Positions 13,034 to 28,707 of a stretch of DNA of 64,000 nt are shown piece after piece. Source of the DNA: Macrostomum hystrix (Eukaryota > Animalia > Platyhelminthes); NCBI GenBank assembly GCA_950097015.1, contig CATNEN010000038.1, forward strand, positions 6,758,001 through 6,822,000, written 5' to 3'. The notes beneath the pieces were generated by a model, which saw only the letters and a list, made by a program, of their open reading frames with translations, ran no database searches and had not been told where the DNA came from. Made by a program: the position numbers and the translations under genes. Positions within the stretch are counted from its first letter, which is position 1, and each line of letters starts with the position of its first letter.

Positions 13034-14530
13034 ATGGACGGAAACGGGCCCAGCTTTGACTTTTTGCCAGAATGCGACGACTTGGACGCTGTGAGTCACA
13101 GCAATCAGAGCAACAATGCAGACATTAAGAAGAAGTACCTTGTTTACATGGAACTACCGAAAGTTCTGGTAAGCGAGATATATCGGTTGTGATTGTGATT
13201 ATGGCTTTGTTACTAAAAGTATAATTCTAGTACTAGAAAAGTACTAGCAGTAGACAGTCAGTTTTTTGTCAATTTGAGATATAAGCCACAGTTTCTCTAC
13301 TTAGCCAGTAGTCGCGTTACGAAATCATCATTAACTACACAAAACGCGAAACTCATTCAGATTGGCGACTACAAAAAGTCAAGCTGCGTCTCTGGCAATT
13401 TGATTCGATTTCACTTTTTGCTTCGCATGCCTAGCGATGAGGAAAACACTGTGCTGTGCCTGCTGCCCATCAAATTCTACAAAGTCCCCGTTGTCAACAT
13501 CGCCGTCATTCATCGGCCATTCCTCGAAGACGACTCCGCTAAAGGACCAATTCCGAAGAGTCCAGATGTTCACAGCCCGCTGATCAAATATCAGGACGAG
13601 GACGTGGAGAATAACAAACTTCCAAAAAATCTAAGTCTCCAAGAAGTTAGTAAAAGCATTGGCACCGATAACTTAGAGGCATCTGGCTCAAGCGAAGATA
13701 GTTACCAGCAAAAAAATATTAAAAACAGCCAAGTGAGTCTCAAAAACCCTCACCAAGAACAAATCGATCAGGGTCGAAGCAGCCAAGAGAGAGAGAGAGA
13801 TCATCAAGAGCAAAGCGGGCAGGAACAAATTAGCCAATCAGACATCGATAAAGCTCAGATAAAAAGCGAACAGAGCGACCAGAGACGACCCAGCCACTCA
13901 AGTCGGGATAGCGATGAACAGAAGCCATCTAGCGAGACCGGCTTGAAGTCCCCTTCTCCAAGGAAGAGTTCTGCGACCTTTTTAGAGGTTGGAACACAGA
14001 GCATCCGAAACGACTTGTCGGCTGGCATCCTATCCGATGACGTGACCACAGCTCAAACAGTTAACACTGACCGCCCGAAACAAAGGCAGCCGAAAAAGTA
14101 CTTTGTCTACTGCGAGCTTCCCAAGGTCCTTCTCAACGACTATCGCAAGTCCAGTGTCGTCTGTTCTGAAATAATTCACACCCACTTCCTGATTAAGATT
14201 GCACGTGACGAGGACAATGAACAGCCGGTTCTGCGCCCAATAAAACGGTACCATCGTCCGAGGGTGAACTTTGCCGTGATTCATAAATCGCTGCTTGTAG
14301 ACGACGAGGCTATTGGACCAATCCCGCGCAGTCTGAATACCCGATCACCCATGGTTCGAAAGGACAAGTCCATAGATGAAGATGATGCTATGATGCACGC
14401 CACCATGGGCTTCTGCTATGGTCGACTGCCGCGGTCCAAATACGAGCTCACCACGCATTGGTCGCTAGTGAGGGACGATAGCGGTGGATCGCTGCGACCT
14501 GAGCTAGTGCTCAGTAAAGCCGAGGCTTAG
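13034..14530 (+). CDS. Uncharacterised 434-aa protein with two copies of a ~90-aa module, 2 exons
   Basis: Exons 13034-13168 and 13361-14530, phase-0 GTAAGC...TTCAG intron. The spliced junction KKYLVYMELPKVL|IGDYKKSS matches the second copy KKYFVYCELPKVLLNDYRKSS, which supports the splice. Confidence 0.85.
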
Positions 14531-15128
14531 ATGCATTTGAATTATTTTTTATATTACTTCTTTTGTGTCCAAAATAATGGACTGACCGTTGAGCTTCAAG
14601 TACGGCTTTCAGTTTTTTTCAATTGTCATTTCGACAAAGCAAATGGCACCCCTGCAGTGCCAACTTTCGCTTTCATGCGCGAGTGAGCATTTTTTTAACC
14701 GGAATTTTCCGCCTAAATTAAACAGGATTTTTGTTGCCACCAGTTATGCTTGCACAGTCAGTGACGTGTTTCTAACGAACATGAAAGACAATAGATTTTT
14801 TGTTTCATTCGAGCCAAATACGAGCTAGGCTCATTTAAGAAAGCGAAGTTCGGACCCAACGCCTAAATAAATAAAAAACCAGCAACGAATTGCCAGGAAA
14901 AAAGTATTTCAGAAACTGTGCTGGGCAGTTTATTTCTACTAGATAGTCATGACTGAGTCAATGATTCTGCACTCTGGCGCATTGTTGAAGTGCCCAATTC
15001 CAGATGGTCATTGTCGCGGTCTTTACAGCTGTTCACAGTCTGAAAACGTGCAATGCGAGAGAGATGCTAAGGAATCGGAAATTAACAGTTAACACAGTTA
15101 TAACTGCTCTAACACATTCAAATGCGTC

Positions 15129-15410
15129 TCACCGCCAGACATATTTTACTTCTGGCTCAGCGGCGCGTCGCTCAATATTTCGGAAACGCTTTAGCAGCAT
15201 CTCCTGAGCGATGCCAGCTTCCGGCGCAGCCTCATCCGGGTCCTGATAAGCAGACTCGCGGCGCTTCAGGGTGAACATGCTGCTCCAGCTGGGGTTCTCG
15301 TCGCCAGCAGGGACGGCTGCAACGAACGCGGCGTCCCTGGCAACGGGACTGCCGACAAGCAGCAGGGCAGTCGCCAGCAGGAAGAGCAGGGCAATGGAAC
15401 CGCCTGGCAT
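15129..15410 (-). CDS. Secreted neuropeptide/prohormone precursor, ~93 aa
   Basis: Signal peptide MPGGSIALLFLLATALLLVGSPVA; KRR, KR and RR cleavage sites; acidic spacer. A 5'UTR donor near 15738 and TATA/CCAAT motifs lie upstream. Confidence 0.7.
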   Translation of the reverse strand: MPGGSIALLFLLATALLLVGSPVARDAAFVAAVPAGDENPSWSSMFTLKRRESAYQDPDEAAPEAGIAQEMLLKRFRNIERRAAEPEVKYVWR

Positions 15411-15855
15411 GATGCTCTGCTTGCGGCGGTTTAGAAAACATTTTAATGTTTAGCAATAATTATTATTATTATTATTAATTATGTTTAGCAAGCTTTCAGC
15501 CTACTGAAAGTAGCAAAATCTTGGACTGTTGCTTATTTACCAAAGTCGTTGATTCAATTCTAAACAATTGAACTAAATCAAAATTGCTTACTTGGCATTT
15601 ATTTGCAAGAAAGTCAGTGAGCATAAATACCATTAAATTCTGTCAACTAACTTTTCTATTCACCCTTCCAACTGGAACTGGGCATGATTTTCGATCGATT
15701 TAACTGATTAATAATTAAAGTAACATTGAAAAACTCACCAACGCACAGATAGGTAAGGCTTGGGTTTCTATGAATGAACTCTTGATTTCCAGCAAACCTA
15801 GGTTAGGCAGGTACCAGTTGATTCCAAGATCGTCGCTAGAGTCCGCAACGCGACA

Positions 15856-15898
15856 TTAAATAGTCCAGCTTGGGCGAGGCACAGTGCCCGACCATTGG
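15856..15898 (-). promoter_or_regulatory. Putative core promoter of the prohormone gene (CCAAT plus TATTTAA)
   Basis: Minus strand has CCAAT at 15898-15894 and TATTTAA at 15862-15856, followed by a GTGAGT donor near 15738. Confidence 0.4.
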
Positions 15899-16561
15899 CT
15901 GTCAAGGCGAAGGCAAATTGATCTTTTGTTGCTCAATATTTCAGCCTGCCAGCACCTCTGGCTCGAAGTCAACTGTCGCCCAACCCCACCTAAAAACTGA
16001 CAATTCGGCTCCACAAAAATGTTGCATCTCCCCAGGGAATCGTGTCGGTTGAGTTGCCCTTGCGAAATTGCAAATTTTTTGCTTTTCCACTATGTGCGGT
16101 CTGCATAATTAATATATCGCCTGTGAGCTGTTGTGCCTTTGAGCATACGTGCTCAGACTTTCCAAAAGAGGGACAGGAGAGTGAAAGCGGGTACATTTAA
16201 ATATGCAGACTATGATCCGGCTGAATGTTCCAAGCAAATGCAGCGCATAATCAAGGGCTGGATTGAGTCAGGACCCTGAAACAGCAGTTCCAGCCGCTAA
16301 TAAGGTTCCTATGTGGATAAAAGTCTAACAAAAAAGCGAAAAAGGCTGTAATCTGTCGGCTGAGCTGAGTGTGCAGTTCTAGACGAAATTTCCAGGCAAG
16401 TTTTGTGTGTTTTTGGGACGCAGTTGAAGAGGCAACTCGTAACAAAAGGTCCTAAAACCGATTCCGCGCTGGCATCATGTACACACCTGTGTGAGGGTGT
16501 CTGCGTACTTATCTGTGCGTTGTCGATGAGATTTGAAGCGGCCAGCAGAATGGGCAGAATT

Positions 16562-16908
16562 GGTCCGGTGGCAGAGCGGTTAACTCGTTTGCCTCTCGCA
16601 CCAAGGTCCCTGAGTTCGATTCCACGGCGAGGCCACATTCATTTGGGGCGCAGCCGCAGAGGCTTGTCGCGCAATTTTTCGCTCTTGAGGGCCAACCTCC
16701 AAGGCACAGTGAAGTGTACACTGCCTGACGATGAGAAAGTTAGCGCAGATGTACACACATGTGTGAGCGTATGCCTGCATACAGTATCTGTGGGCGTGTG
16801 TGCTCAGGAGTCAGTGAAATGGGCATAATTGCCTCCTCGCTGGCTGCGGGTCCAGTGTTACCGAATGACGTGTCATTGCCTGCAGCCCTCCTGCAATTAT
16901 TATTATTA
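16562..16908 (+). mobile_element. tRNA-derived SINE (second family), copy B
   Basis: GGTCCGGTGGCAGAGCGG A-box, GAGTTCGATTCC B-box, (ATT)n tail; homologous to 7731-8072. Confidence 0.8.
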
Positions 16909-17869
16909 CTCGTATTCACAGACTGTCGTAAAAACCTTGTCGTTTTTGCCAAAAATAGACATAAAAATGGCACCAATTCAATTTCGCCAAACATTTTGGG
17001 CAAAAGCCGTATTGTGTGACTTTTTGCTGATTTCACAGTTTTTATTAGCTTAATGTATAATATAATTTATATTTTACTCGTACATTTGCCTTTTTTTACT
17101 TTTAATTCTTAACTGTAAGTGCAGGTTGGGCAGTAATTTTACAGCATTTTAAAGAATTTCAAGCCTGGAAAAATCGAAAGTGTCTCACTACACTTCTATA
17201 GTGTTCTGATGGCACCAAAAACTACAAAAAATGTTTCAACTGCAATAATTATCAGTAATTCCCAAACTTAGCTCCTAATCATATCAACCTCGTGAGCTTC
17301 CCGGTAGCAACAATTCTAGTTTCTTTCCCGAATTCGAGGCTCACAATGGCACTGCCGCTTCAACAGCAACAGACAGCCAATTAACAAGTTTAAATTGGCG
17401 CCAACGCATCAACTGGGCCGTGCCTCTGCTCCGTGCATGGAATAACAAAATATTCACTCTAAATTCTCATCGATTCTACATCTCCGTTCTAACCACACTG
17501 TCGCGCATGCACTCAAATTGAATTCTCACAGATAGAATGAACGCGTGGGGTCCCAGACGCGCAGACAATGGCTGTTGATGTTGCAACAATCCAAATTTTA
17601 GCCCACGGCAAAGACGGCTCCCAATTTTCCTAAGTACGAAGGCGGGCGTAATTAAGGCTACTTCAAGAAGCCAGCAATGAGGGAAGAAGCCAAGAAAACT
17701 GCAGTTTGCACAGCAGCAGCAGCAGCAGCAGCGTCTAGGTCGATTCTCTAAACCATTTCATGAATTGGAGTGGAGAAGCCGGTAGTTTTTTAACGATGGG
17801 GATTGGCGACACCCCATCCGCGACTGCTCGACGAAAACAGGGGGTTAGCTACATCTGTTATTGGCTCCG

Positions 17870-17883
17870 GTTGCCATAGCAAC
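17870..17883. promoter_or_regulatory. RFX X-box upstream of the TRAF gene
   Basis: GTTGCCATAGCAAC matches the RFX X-box consensus, ~330 bp upstream of the ATG. Confidence 0.5.
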
Positions 17884-18209
17884 AAAAATGGCAGGTAGAT
17901 CTTGCCAGCTTAATGCCGCTCTAGTGGCTGGGCAAGAAAGGAAGGAAAGCAGAAACTTGGTACCTGTAGGCGCCACCCACCTGTTCAAACTGGACAGAAA
18001 ACCTGACAGAATTTGAAGAGCGGGTGGGAGAGAGAAGGGAGACAAGGGGCGGTTGAAATGAGGAAGGAAGGGGAGAATATGAGGAGCGATGGGGCCGCCA
18101 GCGTCAGATGGGTCCACCGGAGCTGTAGCTGTTCTCCTGCGCTAATTAGCAGGCATTCCATTCTAAACACTCAGCGACTAAACTCCGGGCAGCAAAGCAG
18201 CACCGCAAC

Positions 18210-21200
18210 ATGCCTGAGCCGAAGGCAGCGGCCAGCGACACGGCCAGCCGAAGGTCCGCGTCTCCGATGTTGCCAGTTCGCGGCAGCAGCGGAGGAGCAG
18301 CTGGTCGCGGTGGAGGCAGCGGCGGCATCACAGAGGAAGTCGATGTCATCTTTCTGGAGAGCCTAGACAAGAAGTACGAGTGCCCGGTCTGCGGCCAGGT
18401 GCTTCGCTACCCGGTGCAGTTCGAGGAGTGCGGCCACCGCTGCTGCAGCTCCTGCCTGCCCGACCTGCTGAGGTAAAGCCGCCTTGGAGAAACTCGTGGC
18501 TTGAAGCAATATTTGGACGGAAGGCTTTCGTCTGATAAGTTTTAACGCCTATCTATATATATAAAAGTGAAAACTCTGTCTGTGTGTGTGTGTGTCTGTC
18601 TGTGTGTGTGCAACCTTTTGTCTTTATAGACGCCGAAACCGCTCAACCAAATCGCACCAAACTTTGCACATACCTAAAACCACCTACGCTGAGTGCAATA
18701 GGCTACTCAAATTCCCGAAAAATCATTTCCTTCCTGCTCAAAAGTGCAAAAAACTGCTCAAAAATCGTCAAAAAATCACTCAATTCGACATATCGTCGCC
18801 CCACTTTGTCAGATTTTCTCCAAATTTGATCCACTTACACTTTACATGTTTTCCAACAATGCTGTCAATTTTGAACATCTCTACTCAATCCAGAGCAAAG
18901 CTGCATCATCTCAAAGTGAGTCACTTTTTGTTTTCCGAGGACAGCCACCCCAACTCCCCTCCGCCACTCTGCGGGCCAAATTTTATTACAGCCACCCCCT
19001 CCCTTCCCCGGGCGCCGAAGCCCCAGACTGTACATTGAATTTCAAGCCGTGAATGTACACAGCCCAAACCCCTAGACTGTCTACTGGCCCCCAAGCAGCA
19101 CTGAGACTGAGTGCGGTGAGTGCGGTGGCGTCCCAGTGCGCAGGGCTCTCCGGTCGATATTTCTCTCCAGCCAGCCTGGGATAGAAGAAAGAGAGAGGCT
19201 GGCGTTGACTGGCTGTCAGAGAGGGCAATTCTGTGTCCTAGAAATGATGCCGCCAACGAAATTAACTACCAACTGCTTCAGGAGTTGCCAGGTGCAGTTT
19301 TCACCTACAAGTCAATTGATACAACGTTGACTGATGACACCGCTGTGGAGTATCCTGTTGAGTTTCTGAACTCTCTAGATCCTCCTGGAACTCCATCGCA
19401 CAACTTGCAGCTGAAAGTTGGGGCACCAATTATGCTCCTCCGCAACCTGAATGTGCCAAGGCTGTGTAACGGCACCAGACTGATAGTCAGGCGGCTCTTC
19501 CCACACGTGATTGAGGCCACGATAATGACTGGATCTGGCAGAGGAGAGTCTGTGTTCGTTCCCCGGATTCCAATTATCCCCACGGACCTGCCATTTCAGT
19601 TCAAGCGACTGCAGTTCCCTGTGAGAGTGTGCTTTGCGATGACTATTAACAAGGCTCAGGGACAGTCGCTGAAGGTGGCTGGCATCAACCTGGAGACTCC
19701 TTGCTTCTCGCATGGGCAGCTTTATGTCGCCTGCTCCCGTGTTGGAACTCCAGCTGGCCTATTCATTTTCGCACCAAGGGGAAGAACGAAGAATGTGGTG
19801 TATCCCCAGGCCTTGAAGTGACTCGCAAGCAATTAATAGAAAAGTAGTCACGAATTGACCTTGACCTGTCTAACTCTGAACTCTGAAACAGTTAAATTTT
19901 GTTTCTTTGACATTGTTATTGTTATGTCATGGCTATTTTCCTTATGTCTACGCGTGTACATGCATACTGTATACAGAGGCAGATTTAGGGGGGGGCGGGG
20001 GGGCAGTCGCCCCCCTAAATTTTAATCATGGGAATAAGATGCCCCCACCATGCACCCCCCACCTTTTCGGCCGCTGGCGCCCCTTTTTCAGCCGCTGGCT
20101 CCCGTTTTTCAGCCGCTGGCGCCCTTTCTTGGCTCCTGGCGCCCTTTTTCGGCCGCTGGCACCCCCTCTGTGATTCTCATGGCGCTCCCCTGACAGACCG
20201 CCCCAAAACAAAATTCCTGGATCTGCCACTGACTGTATAGAGGAGTGGCTAAGAGACATGTTTCTAAAGAAGTAATCAAGAGGGGGCTGTTTGGACAAAC
20301 TTTTCACTTATTTTTTACTTAAAACGCCCTTAAACAAACTCTTCACTTTTCATTAATGCAGTAAATAAATAAATGGTGACCTTCACTATAAAGTTAATAC
20401 AGAGACGTGAATTGCTTACTGCTTTGCTTTAAATTTCTGCCCCCAAAAAACAACGGGCCAAAAAAGCTAGTTTTTTTATAAATTAAAGGTTTTTACCTTT
20501 TTATACCTTTCAGAGTCGCGCCTCGATGTCCCATCGACCAGCAGACAATCGACAAGGACAAGGTCTACGCCGACAAAGCCTTCCAGAAGGAGACGGACAA
20601 TCTCGGCGTCAAGTGCTCGTTCTTCGAGCGTGGGTGCACCTGGTCTGGCATACTGTCTGAGCTCATGGTAAGCACAACCAAGCCTGGGTGTAGTTTTTTA
20701 GAAAAGTTCCATGCCTTCCCGCGTGGGCTGTCTCTATTTTCACACTCTGGACATTGGTTTGGCCCCTCTATCTTTGCCGCATCCCTAAGAATCCCCACTC
20801 TTACTGAACCGTCTACTCCCTGAGAATACCACGCATAGAGTCCCTTGCTTCGGCCATAGACCTTGTGGATAAGCCTAAAGTACATCCTCTTTCAGAGCGA
20901 AAGCCCCATTTCGTCAAGGTCAGTCGGTTGTGCTGTCCCGCAGGTGGCTGGTGGCAGCCCTGCAGGTTCTACCTTTTCACAATCCTGGTCTTTTCCCCTT
21001 GTTCCCTGGCCACTCAGTCACATCCAAGCCCACCAATACCATCAGATGAGAGGATTACGGAGGGATGAGGCCGGTTCTCCCCTTTCTATTTCCTGGGAGC
21101 CGGTAGCGCCTCCAGGAGCTTTATAGGCTTTAAAAGGGCAACATAAATAAGCTTAAAGATTAACCCAAAAGCAACCAACCTGGTTTAGGCTCACATGGAG

Positions 21201-22853
21201 GGCTGCGACCGCATGCTCACCACCTGCCCGATGCGCTGCGGCGTCGAGTTTCAAAAGCGTTTCCTGGAAAAGCATCGCCTAGAGGACTGCCCGAAGCGAG
21301 ACATTCAGTGCCAGTTCTGCGAGCTGGGCCTCGTCGCCGAGAACGAGGCCGCCCACCTGGAGGTTTGCCTCAAATTTCTCGTGCCTTGTCCCAACAAGTG
21401 CAAGAAGCGGGAGGTGGCGCGGGAAATGATGCAGGAGCACCTGGACAATGAGTGCATGCGGCAGGATCTGAGCTGCCCGTTCTCCACCTACGGCTGCGAT
21501 TTTAGCGTGAGTGTGCCTCTGACCACCTGTCTGTCCATCTGAAGTGCATCTGACGTAACAAAAAACCGATCGCAGGGTCGGAAGAAGCAGCTCAAGGAGC
21601 ACATCGCCGAGAAGCAGCTCAACCACATGGAAATTCTCTGCTCGGCCGTGAAGCAGGGCGACAAAAACCAGGAGAAGCAGCAGCAGCAGCTGGCCGACAT
21701 GGAGAAGAAGCTGTTTGGAGTGGAGCGCAGAGTGGACGGCCTGGAGAACCTGTTCGGGCCGCAGCTGGTCTGGCGCATCGACAACTACCAGGAGAAACTG
21801 GCCGAGGCCAAGGCCGGCAAGAAGTCCACCATCTTCAGTCCGCCGTTTCTCACCAACCGGCACGGCTACAAACTGGCCCTGTCGGCCTGCCTCTACGGCG
21901 ACGGAAAGTGTGAGTTTGAGGGCTGTCACTGAGTACGCATCTTTTCTGGCAGTGTACACTCACTGTATGCCTTGGATATCGGCCTCTATAAGGTGGCCCC
22001 ACCGCGGAATCGAGCTCAGGGACCTTGGTGCGAGTGGCAAAAGCATTAGACTGCTCTGACTCTCACCTTCCAGTCACTGATCCCTAAGTAGGGTAAAGGT
22101 AAGCTACAGGCAATTCCCAGACGGAGTCTCTTATCAGTAGAAAAAAGACCACTGGGGCATATCAAATACCCACCTTTTTTGTTCTGTATCTCCTAAAATA
22201 TTTAACCAATCGCCATGTCACCAGGGTCTTCGACAATCACTGAATATCTCGACTATGCTGACGCAGGGACAACCAAAGAACACTTAAGAACAGGGACAAC
22301 TTATTGTTAGCTTTTGATGGCGGCTTGGAAAATTAGCTTATCAGGAAAGGCGGAAAATTTTGATCCGTATGCAGGAGGTTCACGAAAATCAGCCATTCGG
22401 TTTGGGAGATATCGTGACGTGACGTATTTTCCCCAGGGGAAATAGCGTCATCATTCTACACTGTTAAAGGACTAGAAGTTATCCTACAACGGCAATCATT
22501 CATAGCACACCGCACCGCCCGCAGTTCGCGGCCAGTTCATGTCCCTGTTTGTGTGCATCTGCAAGGGCGACAACGACGCCCTGCTGTCCTGGCCATTCTC
22601 GCACAAGGTCACCTTCCAGCTGATCGACCAGTGCGAGGACGCCTCCGCCAGGAAGAACATCACCTACGTGGTGACGCCCAATCCTTGCAAGGAGAATCGG
22701 GCGTTTCTCGGCCGGCCGTTGGGCGAGAGAAACCCCAGCTTCGGCGCCGCGCGATTCGCTGAACTGGAGGCCCTGGGGTCGCTGGACTACATCAAGGATG
22801 ACACAATGTACGTAAAGGTGTCCGTCGACGTGGAGAGCCTTGTTCCGCTGTGA
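18210..22853 (+). CDS. TRAF4: TNF receptor-associated factor (RING, TRAF zinc fingers, coiled coil, MATH), TRAF4-like, 465 aa, 5 exons
   Basis: Exons 18210-18472, 20514-20667, 21189-21506, 21576-21909, 22525-22853; all GT-AG and in frame. RING CPVC...CGHRCCSSC...CPID; MATH motifs LVWRI, FSPPF...GYKL, WPFSHKVTFQLIDQ, YIKDDT. Paralogue assignment is tentative. Confidence 0.9.
19201..19821 (+). pseudogene. C-terminal PIF1-like helicase fragment of a Helitron RepHel
   Basis: Motifs RAILCPRN, YPVEFLNSL, LKVGAPIMLLRNL, LCNGTRL, QFPVRVCFAMTINKAQGQSL, FSHGQLYVACSRV, TKNVVY. The Rep domain and N-terminal helicase are missing. Confidence 0.9.
19974..20231. mobile_element. hAT-type MITE nested in the Helitron
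   Basis: TIRs CAGAGGCAGATTTAGG / CCTGGATCTGCCACTG; exact 8-bp TSD ACTGTATA at 19966-19973 and 20232-20239. Confidence 0.85.
21993..22047 (-). mobile_element. Truncated head of the second SINE family in TRAF intron 4
   Basis: GTGGCCCCACCGCGGAATCGAGCTCAGGGACCTTGGTGCGAG matches the SINE heads near 8000 and 16600. Confidence 0.6.
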
Positions 22854-23642
22854 TGAAAGCGAGTAACGCGTCACTGTGGCTCGAATTGTTTAACGCATGT
22901 AAAAATCCAATTCTTGGTTTTTTAAGCCTTATTAGTTTTTAGTTTGAAAACGTGGATCTTCGAACTGATGTGCACTCCTTAGTTTTCCTCAGAAGAATCG
23001 TCACTTCAGCGTCGCCGTTAGAATATATTTTTATTCCAAGCTGAAAAAGTCTGTATCTATTTGTGCCGTGTCGATCAGGCATAAGCACGGTCTGATTTCA
23101 ACTCAGATTTCAATACTTTCCTGAAAACATTTTAAACTGTACTTTAACCGTTATCTAATTCCAGTAAACCAAACACTTCCTAGATGTCGAATTCCCAATA
23201 TTTATTTCATCCTTTACTACTCAGTTTTATTTTAACAACGATAAATACCACGCATACTACTAAAAGTAAAATAATGAGTTATAAATTGTCAAATGTGAAC
23301 CCATTTTCAAGATATTGTAAAATTGTTACTGTTAAACTATACACTTTTACTGCTTTGTTTAATCTGGTTACTATTTTAGACCCGTTAGATATTAGCTTTC
23401 AGAATTAGTGCACTCGATGAGTGCGCGAGTCAATCCTTAACTGTGGGTGGAACAATACAATGCTAAGTTTGTACATAAAGGGGCTCGTATAAAGTGTCAG
23501 TGGGTCATCGCTAAAAATCCGATTGAGTACATTCTTAATTGTAGAGTCCATGCTCAACTGAAGGATTCCATACTAAACTGTTCAGGGGTGGATTAGTTGC
23601 ACACAATGGATTCGAGGTTTTTGAAATTTATTTGATGCGGTC

Positions 23643-24268
23643 TACCATGGATTTGAAAGGGGCTACTATGGATTTAAAAGGGGCTACAATGGATTTGAAA
23701 GGGGCTACCATGGATTTGAAAGGGGCTAACTATGGATTTAAAAGGGGCTACCATGGATTTGAAAGGGGCTACTATGGATTTGAAAGGGGCTACCATGGAT
23801 TTGAAAGGGGCTACCATGGATTTGAAAGGGGCTACCATGGATTTGAAAGGGGCTACTATGGATTTGAAAGGGGCTACCATGGATTTGAAAGGGGCTACTA
23901 TGGATTTGAAAGGGGCTACTATGGATTTGAAAGGGGCTACCATGTATTTGAAAGGGGCTACCATGGATTTGAAAGGGGCTACCATGGATTTGAAAGGGGC
24001 TACTATGGATTTGAAAGGGGCTACTATGGATTTGAAAGGGGCTACCATGTATTTGAAAGGGGCTACCATGTATTTGAAAGGGGCTACCATGGATTTGAAA
24101 GGGGCTACCATGTATTTGAAAGGGGCTACAATGGATTTGAAAGGGGCTACCATGGATTTGAAAGGGGCTACTATGGATTTGAAAGGGGCTACCATGGATT
24201 TGAAAGGGGCTACTATGGATTTGAAAGGGGCTACTATGGATTTGAAAAGGGCTACCATGGATTTGAAG
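23643..24268. repeat. Minisatellite, 21-bp unit CATGGATTTGAAAGGGGCTAC
   Basis: Tandem array directly visible. Confidence 0.95.
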
Positions 24269-25128
24269 CGGTCTACCAGGAATTCACAGGGCAGCCTTGT
24301 TGGGGCGCCAAACCGGATGAAGGGTTCTCGCATTACTCTGACTGTTTGTGCCAGAATAATTATGTTTGCCTCTCTCTAAACACCAAATATCTAATCACGT
24401 TAGCACTATTTAGACAAAAATGTCTCCGTGAATGACGTTAGGCAAAACGACAGAATTTTATGGACAGAGTTTGTAACTCACACACTCGAAATACGTGTTG
24501 TAGTTAGGAAAAATGTATATTTTATTGGTAAGGCTACAAATTTCTTTAGTCACACAAAAGGCACATTAATTAAGTGTACGTTAACAAAAAATTCAAGATA
24601 TGAGACCCGGACTTTGCTGCTTGGAATTAAAAAGGCAACACCACATGACAGACTGTCTCGGGTCAGACCATCTACTATAAGTAGCAGACAGGAATATAGC
24701 AATAAAATCTAATCCGTTAATAAATAAAATAGGTAGAGACTACGCACTCTCTGAGTGGCCAATTCCAATCTATCTATCCCAGATTATGCTGCCACAATAG
24801 CATATTTTTCTGCAGCTATAAAAATCACAATCACGAATTAACACGGTGGGAACTTATTGCAGGCTGATAATAAGCAAGCAACCGTTTTTGGAATGCACAC
24901 ACATCAATGCGAATTAGAATTAGGTAATTGAAAATTTGAAACCTAATTTGTTATTTCGAAACGAGCGCAATTTCGATTCGCAACCTACAAACTCAACTGG
25001 GGCGTGGAATGTAGGATTTTAGAAAACGGGATCTGGGATGCAAAATCTGAGACCAGAGATCCACTTTGTTGAATAGCGGGGCACTGGAAATTGACTAACT
25101 GCTATTGTTGAGATACTCAATCGTCAAT

Positions 25129-28707
<3,579 letters not shown>

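Larger units (their letters stand above)
18552..20470 (+). mobile_element. Internally deleted Helitron in TRAF intron 1
   Basis: 5' end A|TCTATATATATAAAAG followed by a (GT/CT) microsatellite; 3' end is a degenerate GCCC...GGGC hairpin then CTAG|T at 20467-20471; carries a PIF1 helicase fragment. Confidence 0.85.

Noticed and set aside
16562-16635. tRNA genes at the SINE heads (also near 880-940, 8000-8070, 43355-43410)
   Set aside because: A/B boxes are present but there is no complete cloverleaf, and most continue into SINE bodies with (ATT)n tails.
16714-16756. Hammerhead-like CTGA(C/A)GA-TGA-GAAA enclosed by a helix in both SINE copies
   Set aside because: Only 3 nt are available for stem II and the two copies share no consistent stem III or NUH cleavage geometry. 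An Infernal search with hammerhead models on the family consensus would settle it.
19120-19821. Cellular PIF1 helicase gene
   Set aside because: Only the C-terminal portion, with no ATG, and enclosed by Helitron termini.
23632-24435. GYHGFER repeat ORF resembling a multi-copy neuropeptide or eggshell protein
   Set aside because: No signal peptide or dibasic sites; open in other frames; one of many similar 21-bp arrays.
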